The notes under the pieces are model-generated. The model saw nothing but the letters and a program-made list of their open reading frames with translations. It had not been told where the DNA came from and made no database searches. From NCBI GenBank assembly GCA_021159015.1, contig JAGGSQ010000048.1:1-24000 (forward strand): a stretch of 24,000 nt of DNA, written 5' to 3'. Source of the stretch: Candidatus Omnitrophota bacterium. Its GTDB lineage: Bacteria > Omnitrophota > Gorgyraeia > Duberdicusellales > Duberdicusellaceae. Positions 15,908 to 24,000 of this stretch are shown in pieces. The translations under genes were made by a program, and so were the position numbers. Numbering within the stretch: the first letter of the stretch is position 1; each line of letters opens with the position of its first letter.

Positions 15908-17356
15908 CTAACCTTTTATTACACCCACCGGACGCATACGACAAACTTTCTGCGAAAGCCCTGCTTTTTCCACAGTTTCTATAACTGTATCTATATTTTT
16001 ATATACAGCCGGGGCCTCTTCTACCATAGTCTTCCTACCTTTAGCCATAGCTACAATGTCTTTTTCTCTTAATTCTTCCATCAAAACATTATAAGAAATA
16101 TTTTTCAAAGCCTTATGGCGCGACATAACTCTTCCTGCACCATGGCAAGTAGAAGAAAAACTCTCTACTTCAGCTTTTTTTGTTCCCAATAAAAGATAAG
16201 AAGCCGTTCCCATATCGCCGGGAATAATTACCGGCTGACCCAAAGAGCGATAACGAGGAGGCAAAAGTGTATTGTCTGGTCCCAGCGCCCGCGTAGCACC
16301 TTTACGGTGCACGCAGAGCTTTTTCTTGTTTCCTTCTATTTCATAATCTTCAAATTTAGCAATATTATGCGCTACATCATATATTAGTTCCATACCGAGA
16401 CTACTCCAGGCAGCGCCAAAAACCTGCGAGAAACTTTCCCGCGCTAAATGCATAAGAATCTGGCGATTGCACCAGGCATAATTCGCGGCTGCCTTCATAG
16501 CGCCTATATAACGCTGAGCCTCTTTACTTTCTACGGGTGCGCAGGCAAGCTGGCGGTCAGGCAGATAGATGTGGTATTTTTTAGCTGCCTCCAGCATAAC
16601 TTTAATAAAATCATCACAAATTTGGTATCCAAACCCCCGCGAACCAGAATGGAGCATTAAAGTAATCTGACCCGGAAATATCCCCAGCGCCTCTGCCTCT
16701 TCAGGTTTATAAATCTCCTCTACCTCCTGTATCTCTACGAAATGATTGCCGCTTCCCAGTGTACCCAGCTGATTTCTCCCCCGTTCATAAGCACGCGGTG
16801 AGACCTCCTCCGGGAGAGCTCCTTTCCAGCTCCCTCTCTCTTCGCAACATTCTAAATCACTCTCTACGCCCCAACCCAATTCTACAGCCCACTCTGCGCC
16901 TCTAAGCATTACCTCCTTCTCTTGCTGAGAATTAAGTTTTATTTTTCCGCTTGAACCTACGCCCACGGGAATATTCCGATAAAGGGCTTCTACAAGAGAA
17001 GGTATTTTTGTTTTGATATCTTTATAAGTAAGGTTAGTTCTCATCAACCTTACACCACAATTAATGTCAAATCCTACGCCTCCCGGCGAAATAACCCCTC
17101 CTTTTTCTATATCGGTAGCCGCTACACCGCCGATACAAAAGCCATATCCCCAATGAATATCAGGCATAGCCAGAGAATATTTCACTATACCGGGCAGGAA
17201 AGCAACATTGGCCACCTGCTCTAAGGCTCTATCTTCTTTAGCTTTGTCTATAATCTCCTTATCGCCATAAATTATACCTTCCACTCTCATACCCGCCTTA
17301 AAAGAACGGGGCAGGAGCCATTTATAATCACTTATCTTTTGCAAATCCTTTTCCAT
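15908..17356 (-). CDS. rtcB: RNA-splicing ligase RtcB
   Basis: MPDIHWGYGFCIGGVAATD, GGVGFDINCGVRLMRTNL, LGTLGSGNHFVEIQEV, HSGSRGFGYQI, YDVAHNIAKFE; ends with TAG. Confidence 0.97.
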   Translation of the reverse strand: MEKDLQKISDYKWLLPRSFKAGMRVEGIIYGDKEIIDKAKEDRALEQVANVAFLPGIVKYSLAMPDIHWGYGFCIGGVAATDIEKGGVISPGGVGFDINCGVRLMRTNLTYKDIKTKIPSLVEALYRNIPVGVGSSGKIKLNSQQEKEVMLRGAEWAVELGWGVESDLECCEERGSWKGALPEEVSPRAYERGRNQLGTLGSGNHFVEIQEVEEIYKPEEAEALGIFPGQITLMLHSGSRGFGYQICDDFIKVMLEAAKKYHIYLPDRQLACAPVESKEAQRYIGAMKAAANYAWCNRQILMHLARESFSQVFGAAWSSLGMELIYDVAHNIAKFEDYEIEGNKKKLCVHRKGATRALGPDNTLLPPRYRSLGQPVIIPGDMGTASYLLLGTKKAEVESFSSTCHGAGRVMSRHKALKNISYNVLMEELREKDIVAMAKGRKTMVEEAPAVYKNIDTVIETVEKAGLSQKVCRMRPVGVIKG

Positions 17357-17397
17357 ATCGGGCGCTATATTAACATATTAAATTATAAAAATAGTGA

Positions 17398-17844
17398 TTA
17401 AAGGTCAAAAATGACCTCTGCTTTAAAACCAAGGGAGGTTCTCTCAATCTTAAGATTATGGCGCGTAGCGGCCTTAACCTCAGAAGCAATATATTCCGGT
17501 TTTATCTTTATATATCTGGTTTTTGCAGACAGCCGTTTTTTCTGGCTCTCTTTTACCAACAAAGAATAATCAACCGCCAATATATTATAAGTATACAGAT
17601 TGAAAAGCTGCTCATTAAGCCAGCGCAGGAACAATTCCTCCCAGCTGTCTTCCTCAGCCACAAATACTCTTTCCTCAATTGACAAATCCGGCTGGCGAAG
17701 CAGATTCTCACGTTTCTCCCCTACCGCATACTCAAGGATGCCGCTGGCGGCTTTTACAAACAAGTCTGATAAAGTAGGGGCGGATATTTTAAGGCCCAGG
17801 TCTGCAGTATGTTCGATTATTTCTATATTTACTCCGTCTCTCAT
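17398..17844 (-). CDS. archease (RtcB activator)
   Basis: IIEHTADLGLKISAPTLSDLFVKAASGI...; immediately upstream of rtcB. Confidence 0.9.
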   Translation of the reverse strand: MRDGVNIEIIEHTADLGLKISAPTLSDLFVKAASGILEYAVGEKRENLLRQPDLSIEERVFVAEEDSWEELFLRWLNEQLFNLYTYNILAVDYSLLVKESQKKRLSAKTRYIKIKPEYIASEVKAATRHNLKIERTSLGFKAEVIFDL

Positions 17845-17875
17845 TCAATAATTCTCCTTTCTTTCATTAGAAAAG

Positions 17876-17951
17876 TGGTGGGCCACGAAGGACTCGAACC
17901 TTCAACCCACGGATTAAGAGTCCGTTGCTCTACCAATTGAGCCAGTGGCCC
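17876..17951 (-). tRNA. tRNA-Lys (CTT), CCA encoded
   Basis: GGGCCACTGGCTCAATTGGTAGAGCAACGGACTCTTAATCCGTGGGTTGAAGGTTCGAGTCCTTCGTGGCCCACCA. Confidence 0.95.
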
Positions 17952-17952
17952 G

Positions 17953-18369
17953 TTAGGGTTCCTCTAATACTTTATCTAATTGCGGCAAATATTTCAACAA
18001 AATATTCATTTCTGCCGCCGAGAGAGAAGAAGAAACATTTGCTGCTAACGGATAATTAACCCCTTGGGCTTTCATTTTAGCCAAAGGATAAGCAGAAATT
18101 ATGCGGTTAAAAAGAGTGAAGAAATCTTCTATCTTCAAGCCAAACTTACTTGCCAGCGCTGCCAGTTCATTGTAGTATTTCTTTGCCTGGATATTACTAA
18201 CCTGAGAGACGCTCTGGCTTTCTGCTCCATACTTTTTAAGAAGGGCACGATAGAAAGGCATTATCTTAACGAAAGTTATTATATTGCTTTCATTAATGAT
18301 ACTAAAAGCGGCGGATTCGGCATTTATGCCGAGAATTAGCAACATCATTATCATAAAAATTTTCTTCAT
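17953..18369 (-). CDS. hypothetical exported protein
   Basis: Signal peptide MKKIFMIMMLLILGINAESAAF; otherwise unrecognised. Confidence 0.55.
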   Translation of the reverse strand: MKKIFMIMMLLILGINAESAAFSIINESNIITFVKIMPFYRALLKKYGAESQSVSQVSNIQAKKYYNELAALASKFGLKIEDFFTLFNRIISAYPLAKMKAQGVNYPLAANVSSSLSAAEMNILLKYLPQLDKVLEEP

Positions 18370-18433
18370 ACTCTCCTCTCGCTAAAAACTCTGGGAAAAA
18401 TTATACCAGGATGAAGCCGGGATTAAAAGAAAT

Positions 18434-19399
18434 TTATCTCGTCGGCACAGAATATCTCATCTTTTTAATATACCTTAAGAAGTCAGAATCAGTAGAGAGA
18501 ATAATGACAGCATTATTCTTTAGAGAATAGGCATAAGCATCCAGACTGCGCAAGAAAGAAAAAAACTCTTCATCTTGCCTGTAAGCCCGGGCATAAATCT
18601 CGGTAGCCTTCTTATCCGCTTCTCCCTTTATTTTCTGCGATTTGCGGTAAGCTAGAGAAAGAATCGTTTTTAGCTCTTTCTCGGTCTGGCCTTCTATCTC
18701 AGCCCGCTTGCCTCTACCTTCAGAACGATATTCCTCTGCGGCTCTTTTGCGCTCAGAAATCATACGGTCATATACCTTTTTCCTTACTTCTTCTACATAG
18801 TTGACGCGCTTTATCCTTACATCTATTAGTTTTATGCCGTAACGCGGCGTGAGCTGGCGCGCCCGTGATAAAATATTTTTGCGCAGTAGTCCTCGTCCTC
18901 CCGTGATTTTTTCCAGAGCCGTTTCTTCTACAAAATCTTTATTTATAGTGGCTCTGGCTTCTTCCAGAAGACGGTTGGAACTGCGCACAATATCAATCAG
19001 ATTGTGAGAAGTAACCGCATCGCGCACCGCCGCATCAATAATATCGTCTAAACGCGCATGGGCGCCTCTTTCATTGTAAACTGACTGAAAGAACAACAAA
19101 GGATTTTCTATTTGCCAACGGGCGGTGGTATCAATCCAGATATATTTCTTGTCTTTGGTGGGAATCTGGTTAGGATGACCATCCCACTCCAGTATCCGCT
19201 TATCAAAGTAATTAACCTTCTGGATAAAGGGTATTTTGAAATAAAGCCCCGCCTTCTTAATCGCTCCTCCCATAGGACGTCCAAACTGCGTAACTATTAC
19301 CTGCTCATATTCATTAACTACAAAAAAAGGCGAACCGCTTATCAATAATATCCCTAAAACAACTGCCAATAACAGGTAAAAACTTTTTTTATTCCCCAT
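18434..19399 (-). CDS. hflC: HflC-like SPFH/Band 7 protease modulator
   Basis: FVVNEYEQVIVTQFGRPMGGAIKKAGLYFKIPFIQKVNYFDKRILEWDG...YSLKNNAVIILSTDSDFLRYI. Confidence 0.9.
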   Translation of the reverse strand: MGNKKSFYLLLAVVLGILLISGSPFFVVNEYEQVIVTQFGRPMGGAIKKAGLYFKIPFIQKVNYFDKRILEWDGHPNQIPTKDKKYIWIDTTARWQIENPLLFFQSVYNERGAHARLDDIIDAAVRDAVTSHNLIDIVRSSNRLLEEARATINKDFVEETALEKITGGRGLLRKNILSRARQLTPRYGIKLIDVRIKRVNYVEEVRKKVYDRMISERKRAAEEYRSEGRGKRAEIEGQTEKELKTILSLAYRKSQKIKGEADKKATEIYARAYRQDEEFFSFLRSLDAYAYSLKNNAVIILSTDSDFLRYIKKMRYSVPTR

Positions 19400-20378
19400 T
19401 TTCCAGCCTCAATAAAGGCAATATGCCTTTTTCTTCCTCATCAATTATAAATACTTTGTGTGCCTTTCCTACTATTTCTCTCATTTTCTCCAGATAAAGC
19501 CGCCGCCGCGTAACCTCTTTGGCCTCTTTATAAGCTTCCAGAAGAAGCAAAAACCTTTCCGCATCGCCTAAAGCCCGGTTAATCTTCTCCTGTGCATACC
19601 CTTCGGCTTCTTTGACAATCTTAAGCGCCTGACCGCGCGCGGCAGGAATTTTCTGGTTATAGATCTGCCAGGCCTGGTTAATCATTCTTTCCCGCTCTTG
19701 TTTAGCCTCATTTACCTCATTAAAAGCCGGCTGGACCGACTCAGGAGGATTCACATCCTGCAGCTTTACGGTTACAATAGCAATGCCTGAACTATAAGAA
19801 TCAAGTATCTCCTGCATATTCTGCTGGGCAATGTCGTTAATCTCCATACGTTTAGAACTTAATACTTCATTAAGAGAGTAGTCGCCTACTATTTTTCTCA
19901 TAACCGATTCGCTTATATCCCGCAATGTTTTACGCTGGTCTCTGATATGAAACAAAAACCGGGCGGCGTCCTTTATTTTATACTGGACAATCCATTCTAC
20001 CTGAAGCACATTTAAGTCACCCGTAAGCATCAAAGATTCATCATCATAGTTACGGGAAGCATACTGGCTTTTTATTCCTGCCTTAAGAGTACGAAAGCCA
20101 AACTCTTCCTTAAAAATATAATCGACTTTCACTTTGTTAACTTTCTCAATCCGCCAGGGAAGTTTAAAGTGTAGCCCTGGTGAAGTAGTGCGGACAAACC
20201 TTCCGAAACGGCGTACTACTCCTACTTCGTTAGGTTCAATAGTATAAAAAGAGGAAAAGGCGGAAAAAATAAGAAATACCGCAAGAATAATAAGAATCGC
20301 AGATTTCGTATATTCCTGCTTCCCAGAGGAGGAAGAAGGAGGAATTATATCTTCCGGCTTTATATTTTTAAAATCCAC
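19389..20378 (-). CDS. hflK: HflK-like SPFH/Band 7 protein
   Basis: YTIEPNEVGVVRRFGRFVRTTSPGLHFKLPWRIEKVNKV...VQYKIKDAARFLFHIRD; overlaps hflC. Confidence 0.9.
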   Translation of the reverse strand: MDFKNIKPEDIIPPSSSSGKQEYTKSAILIILAVFLIFSAFSSFYTIEPNEVGVVRRFGRFVRTTSPGLHFKLPWRIEKVNKVKVDYIFKEEFGFRTLKAGIKSQYASRNYDDESLMLTGDLNVLQVEWIVQYKIKDAARFLFHIRDQRKTLRDISESVMRKIVGDYSLNEVLSSKRMEINDIAQQNMQEILDSYSSGIAIVTVKLQDVNPPESVQPAFNEVNEAKQERERMINQAWQIYNQKIPAARGQALKIVKEAEGYAQEKINRALGDAERFLLLLEAYKEAKEVTRRRLYLEKMREIVGKAHKVFIIDEEEKGILPLLRLENGE

Positions 20379-20414
20379 ACCTCTATTGTATAGTGAAACC
20401 TTGCTTTGTCAAAC

Positions 20415-21020
20415 TTATTCATTTAATATTTTCTTTATGGCCTTATAGATTCTTTCAGCCATAATTTTGTATCCCTGAGAATTAGGGTGGATAGAATCAG
20501 ACATAAGAGCACCCTTATCAATAATTCCCGCCAAAACATGAGGTATAAACAGACAATTGCTCTTACGGCAAAGTCTGGCAAAAGCTATTCTGTAGCGGCG
20601 CATGAAAGGATAATCAAAAACATCACAAAGAACGACTTTGATATTATTTTTCCTCAAGATATCTATCATTCTAGTTATATTCGCAAGAGTTAAGCTGAAA
20701 GGAACCCCTCTTAGATAATCATTGCCTCCCAGCTCAATAATTACCAGGTCCGGATGTAGCCGCAATACATCTCTGTTAATACGCAGGAGAGCTCCACTGG
20801 TTGTATCACCACTAACACCGGCATTAACTACTCTGAAACGGGAAAACTGCTCCAGATAAGCGGGAAAATTCTTTCCTTCTTCCGCCCCTTTGCCAAAAGT
20901 AAGGCTATCACCCAGGCAAACAATGAGACGATTCTCAGCAGAATTTATCTCCTCTTGAGAACGACATCCCAATAGCAAAAATAATAGGAAAACTACCCCT
21001 AATACTTTCCTCTGTTTCAT
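20415..21020 (-). CDS. SGNH/GDSL hydrolase lipoprotein (TesA/arylesterase-like)
   Basis: Lipobox LLLGCRS, IVCLGDSLTFGKGAEEGKNFPAYLE, VIELGGNDYLRG, SDSIHPNSQGYKIMAE. Confidence 0.85.
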   Translation of the reverse strand: MKQRKVLGVVFLLFLLLGCRSQEEINSAENRLIVCLGDSLTFGKGAEEGKNFPAYLEQFSRFRVVNAGVSGDTTSGALLRINRDVLRLHPDLVIIELGGNDYLRGVPFSLTLANITRMIDILRKNNIKVVLCDVFDYPFMRRYRIAFARLCRKSNCLFIPHVLAGIIDKGALMSDSIHPNSQGYKIMAERIYKAIKKILNE

Positions 21021-22105
21021 ATCTTACCTTGCTTTTGCCGCAAACGCAGTTGTCCGCAGGCTCCCTCTATATCTTGCCCGCGCGGCCGGCGCAGGGTAAA
21101 AAACACGCCTTCCTCTTTAAGCCAGCGGCAGAAACGAAATATTTCTCCAGAAGAAGGAGGCTGCCAATTAAACGAGGAAACAGGATTGTAAGGAATAAGA
21201 TTAATTTTATAATTCAAGCCTTTAACCATCTTTTTCAGCCGCAAAACGTCTTCCTTGCTGATGTTAAAATTGCTAATCATTATATATTCGAAGGTAAGAC
21301 TGTATTTGCAGCGGCGATTAAAAAGGCGTACGGCTGAAAACAGCTCTGAGAGAGGATAAATTTTATTTACGGGCATTATAATGTTCCTTAAACTATCCTT
21401 TGCCGCATGCAAAGATATCGACAATCCTACTCCTATATTTTCCGCCGCAAAGGCCTTTATAGCCGGAGCTAATCCGCAAGTAGAAATAACTACTTTCCTC
21501 TTCCCTATATACATACCCTGAGGCTCAAGAATTATACGTAAAGCTTTTATTACATTCCCGTAATTATCAAAAGGCTCGCCTATCCCCATAAAAACTACAT
21601 TAGTAAGCTTCGCCTCTCTTCTCTTTAGCCAATCAGAAACATAAAGGCACTGATTCACAATCTCAGCCGGTGTGAGATTACGCTTGAATCCTAAAAGGCC
21701 GCTGGCGCAAAAACGGCAGCCAAAACGACAGCCTACTTGAGAAGACAAACAAACTGTATTCCTTTTTCCTTCCGGGATAAGAACACTCTCAATATAGGTT
21801 TTATCTTCCAGGGCAAATAAGAATTTAACGCTACCATCCCGGCTCTGGCGTTCTTTAACCAAGCGGAGCGAAGAAAAATAGAAATTGTCTTTTAGATAGT
21901 GGCGCAGAGAGCGGGAGAGGTTAGTCATAGAGAAAAAACTCTCCTCCCGCTTTTTATAGACCCAGTTAAATACCTGGCGGGCCGCATAATCAGGATAACC
22001 TGCTTCCTGTAAGTGCTGTCGTAAGGAAGCCAGAGTTTGAGATTTTATATCGTGGCGCTGCTTAAGCATCAGGGACACATATAGACAAAGGGACAATGTG
22101 AACAA
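21017..22105 (-). CDS. rlmN: 23S rRNA (adenine2503-C2)-methyltransferase RlmN
   Basis: VCLSSQVGCRFGCRFCASGLLGFKRNLTPAEIVNQ, NVVFMGIGEPFDNY, STCGLAP, FTLRRPRGQDIEGACGQL. Confidence 0.95.
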   Translation of the reverse strand: MFTLSLCLYVSLMLKQRHDIKSQTLASLRQHLQEAGYPDYAARQVFNWVYKKREESFFSMTNLSRSLRHYLKDNFYFSSLRLVKERQSRDGSVKFLFALEDKTYIESVLIPEGKRNTVCLSSQVGCRFGCRFCASGLLGFKRNLTPAEIVNQCLYVSDWLKRREAKLTNVVFMGIGEPFDNYGNVIKALRIILEPQGMYIGKRKVVISTCGLAPAIKAFAAENIGVGLSISLHAAKDSLRNIIMPVNKIYPLSELFSAVRLFNRRCKYSLTFEYIMISNFNISKEDVLRLKKMVKGLNYKINLIPYNPVSSFNWQPPSSGEIFRFCRWLKEEGVFFTLRRPRGQDIEGACGQLRLRQKQGKI

Positions 22106-24000
22106 TAAGTTATATCATCTTTATCAGGTTCAAAATATTTATCCGGATTTACAATCTCCTCCAGAATGAGCCTTATCGCAGGTATAAACAGCGTATTCAT
22201 ACTTTCTTCTTTAGTTAAAGAAGGAGTCTGAGGAGGGAAGAAGTAGTCTAGATGAGCTTCTTTCAGAGAGTAAAGAGCGGCATTTATATCTGCGGCAGGA
22301 AACTCTTTTTTTAGAACCATAATATAAAGCGGGAGCTGAAAAGACTTTATTTTATTGCGAATAGCTTTTCTATTCCCTAATTCCCGGGCATCTATTTTCT
22401 TGAGCGGAAGAATATCCGTAGAACCCGTTTTGTAATCTATTATTAATATCTTCTCGGGATGAGAGCTAAACTTTTCTGCGCGGTCCAGTTTAGCCACGCA
22501 TTGAAAATCAAAGTGAGGAGAAGGAAAAGAGAAGCGGAATTCCTCTTCTAAGAACAGAATTTCTCCCTGCAGGCGTTTTGCTTCCTGCTCAATGAACTTA
22601 CCTAACCGAAAAGAAATAACATCTTTCAGAAGAAAAGCGTCAGAGTGCCCCTTCTGACCAAAGGTTTTCTCAAACTCCTCATCCAGCATCCGAAAAAAGC
22701 TCTTTTTGAACCCGGCATCCATCTTCCAGCGGCAGCCTCGATAAGGCCAAAAAACCTTCTGAAGAAAAGAATGAATAAAATTGCCTATCTGAGAATGTTC
22801 TAAGTCGCCACTAATATCTTCTTTCTCTCTTAATCTCAGCACATAAGCGTAGTAGAACCTTAAAGGGCAATGCAAATAGGTATCTAAGGCGGTAGCCGAA
22901 TAAACAAAACTTTCTCTTAGATATTGCAATATAGATGATGTCTTAACTATCCTTTCCTTTCCGCCCCTAATTTCTATATTTGTCTTTATATGGAAAGGAC
23001 TTAGAACTCCTAAGCGTTTCTCTTTTCTTTCTTGTTCCCAGATAATTTCTTCCAGGAAGCGGCTTTTAGCTTTTTCTTTATTCTCGGAGAATACGAGACA
23101 GGCTCTTTTAGCACCAGCTAAGAGGCGGCGAAAGTGATAACGCTGGATTTCTTCTTCTGACTTCACTCTTTCTAATCCCAGAGCCAGCATTACCTCGCGC
23201 GGAATAAGCGGCTGGTGAATATTAAGCTCAGGCAAGACACCCTCATTTATCCCCATAAAGATTACATTCTCAAAAGATAAATCCCTTGTCTCGAAAAAAC
23301 CTAAAACCTGCAGGCCTCGAAGCGGCGAACCGGAGAAAGCTACCATCCTGCCTTCTAAACTATCATTAAATACTTTTGTCAACTCAGAGAAACCAAACTC
23401 TTCCTGAGAAAACTCACTTCTCTGCAATTCATCCAGGAGCGCAAGAAGATCATCTGCTACTTTCAAATGAAGCCCATAAAGGCCTATTAATCCTTTCTCT
23501 ATTAACAATTCCAGAAGCACTTTTAAGTTAGCGGCTAAGTCTGAGAAACTATTTACTTTCTCCCAATTAAGAAAAAGCAAACTGTGCAGTTGTCTTAAAC
23601 ATTCCTGTAACTCCGACTTTTTTATCTCTATTCCCAGGCTCCTTAACGTGGCCATCGTTTCTTCTTCAATTCTCTCTTCTTTTTCTACCGCGGCCAGAGA
23701 AATAAAAAGGCTGCTTACTCCCTCACGCGGCCAGAGAAATTCTTCTATTTTATGGACCAATATACGCGTAACAGAAACTTCCCGGTTATTTAATCTTATA
23801 TTCTTACAGTAAGGATGCCGTAAAGCATTTAGATAATCTTTAATATAATATAGACTCTGCCGCCGCGAGAGTTGAGCGTCGAAGATGTTACGTATAAGTG
23901 TATATAAAGGACTGCGTTTAATGGGAAAACCCAGAGAGACATTGAACTCTTTAAGAAGTGAGGCAATGTGCGAGAGAAAAACAACTAAGTTCTCAGGTTC
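22069..24000 (-). CDS. PD-(D/E)XK superfamily nuclease / AddB-like, 5' end outside window
   Basis: C-terminal FVYSATALDTYLHCPLRFYYAYVL...IGNFIHSFLQ...KILIIDYKTG...C-x2-C-x5-C. The frame is open from the listed TTG at 23760 to the window edge (EPENLVVFLSHIASLLKEFNV...). Confidence 0.75.
   Translation of the reverse strand, partial: EPENLVVFLSHIASLLKEFNVSLGFPIKRSPLYTLIRNIFDAQLSRRQSLYYIKDYLNALRHPYCKNIRLNNREVSVTRILVHKIEEFLWPREGVSSLFISLAAVEKEERIEEETMATLRSLGIEIKKSELQECLRQLHSLLFLNWEKVNSFSDLAANLKVLLELLIEKGLIGLYGLHLKVADDLLALLDELQRSEFSQEEFGFSELTKVFNDSLEGRMVAFSGSPLRGLQVLGFFETRDLSFENVIFMGINEGVLPELNIHQPLIPREVMLALGLERVKSEEEIQRYHFRRLLAGAKRACLVFSENKEKAKSRFLEEIIWEQERKEKRLGVLSPFHIKTNIEIRGGKERIVKTSSILQYLRESFVYSATALDTYLHCPLRFYYAYVLRLREKEDISGDLEHSQIGNFIHSFLQKVFWPYRGCRWKMDAGFKKSFFRMLDEEFEKTFGQKGHSDAFLLKDVISFRLGKFIEQEAKRLQGEILFLEEEFRFSFPSPHFDFQCVAKLDRAEKFSSHPEKILIIDYKTGSTDILPLKKIDARELGNRKAIRNKIKSFQLPLYIMVLKKEFPAADINAALYSLKEAHLDYFFPPQTPSLTKEESMNTLFIPAIRLILEEIVNPDKYFEPDKDDITYCSHCPFVYMCP

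Noticed and set aside
15908-17844. rtcB-archease pair as a novel RNA repair system
   Set aside because: This is a known functional pair; both genes look canonical.
18434-20378. Tandem SPFH proteins as a possible new membrane system
   Set aside because: They match the known HflK/HflC order and overlap; no unusual fusion seen.
1-24000. CRISPR arrays, retron or diversity-generating reverse transcriptase
   Set aside because: No regularly spaced direct repeats, Cas proteins or reverse transcriptase motifs were seen in any listed ORF or noncoding interval.

Overview
This 24 kb bacterial window is mostly ordinary minus-strand housekeeping DNA. The core genes are recR, dnaX, a CaCA-type antiporter, an HD-domain protein, ssrA (tmRNA), serS, a LURP-one-like protein, rtcB, archease, hflK/hflC, an SGNH hydrolase, rlmN and a PD-(D/E)XK nuclease that runs off the right edge. 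tRNAs are Asn(GTT), Ser(GCT) and Lys(CTT). Two accessory segments stand out. (A) From 1 to about 4.03 kb is the end of an integrated element. It carries a large serine recombinase whose last codons read antisense into the 3' end of tRNA-Asn, a LexA-like repressor, a small basic RGRPKG protein, two Com-like zinc-ribbon mini-ORFs with broken frames, and a sigma-region-4-like ORF split by an in-frame TAG. (B) From about 9.0 to 13.1 kb, between tmRNA and tRNA-Ser, a block is bounded by 52-bp direct repeats (48/52 identical) and partial copies of the tRNA-Ser 3' end. It holds a ClpP/SDH-like serine protease fused to a zinc ribbon with a small downstream partner, and a RelE/Phd-type toxin-antitoxin pair with an upstream inverted repeat. 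The tmRNA also appears to encode an unusually long 27-codon tag that does not end in LAA. Family assignments come from recognition of the sequence; no database search was run.
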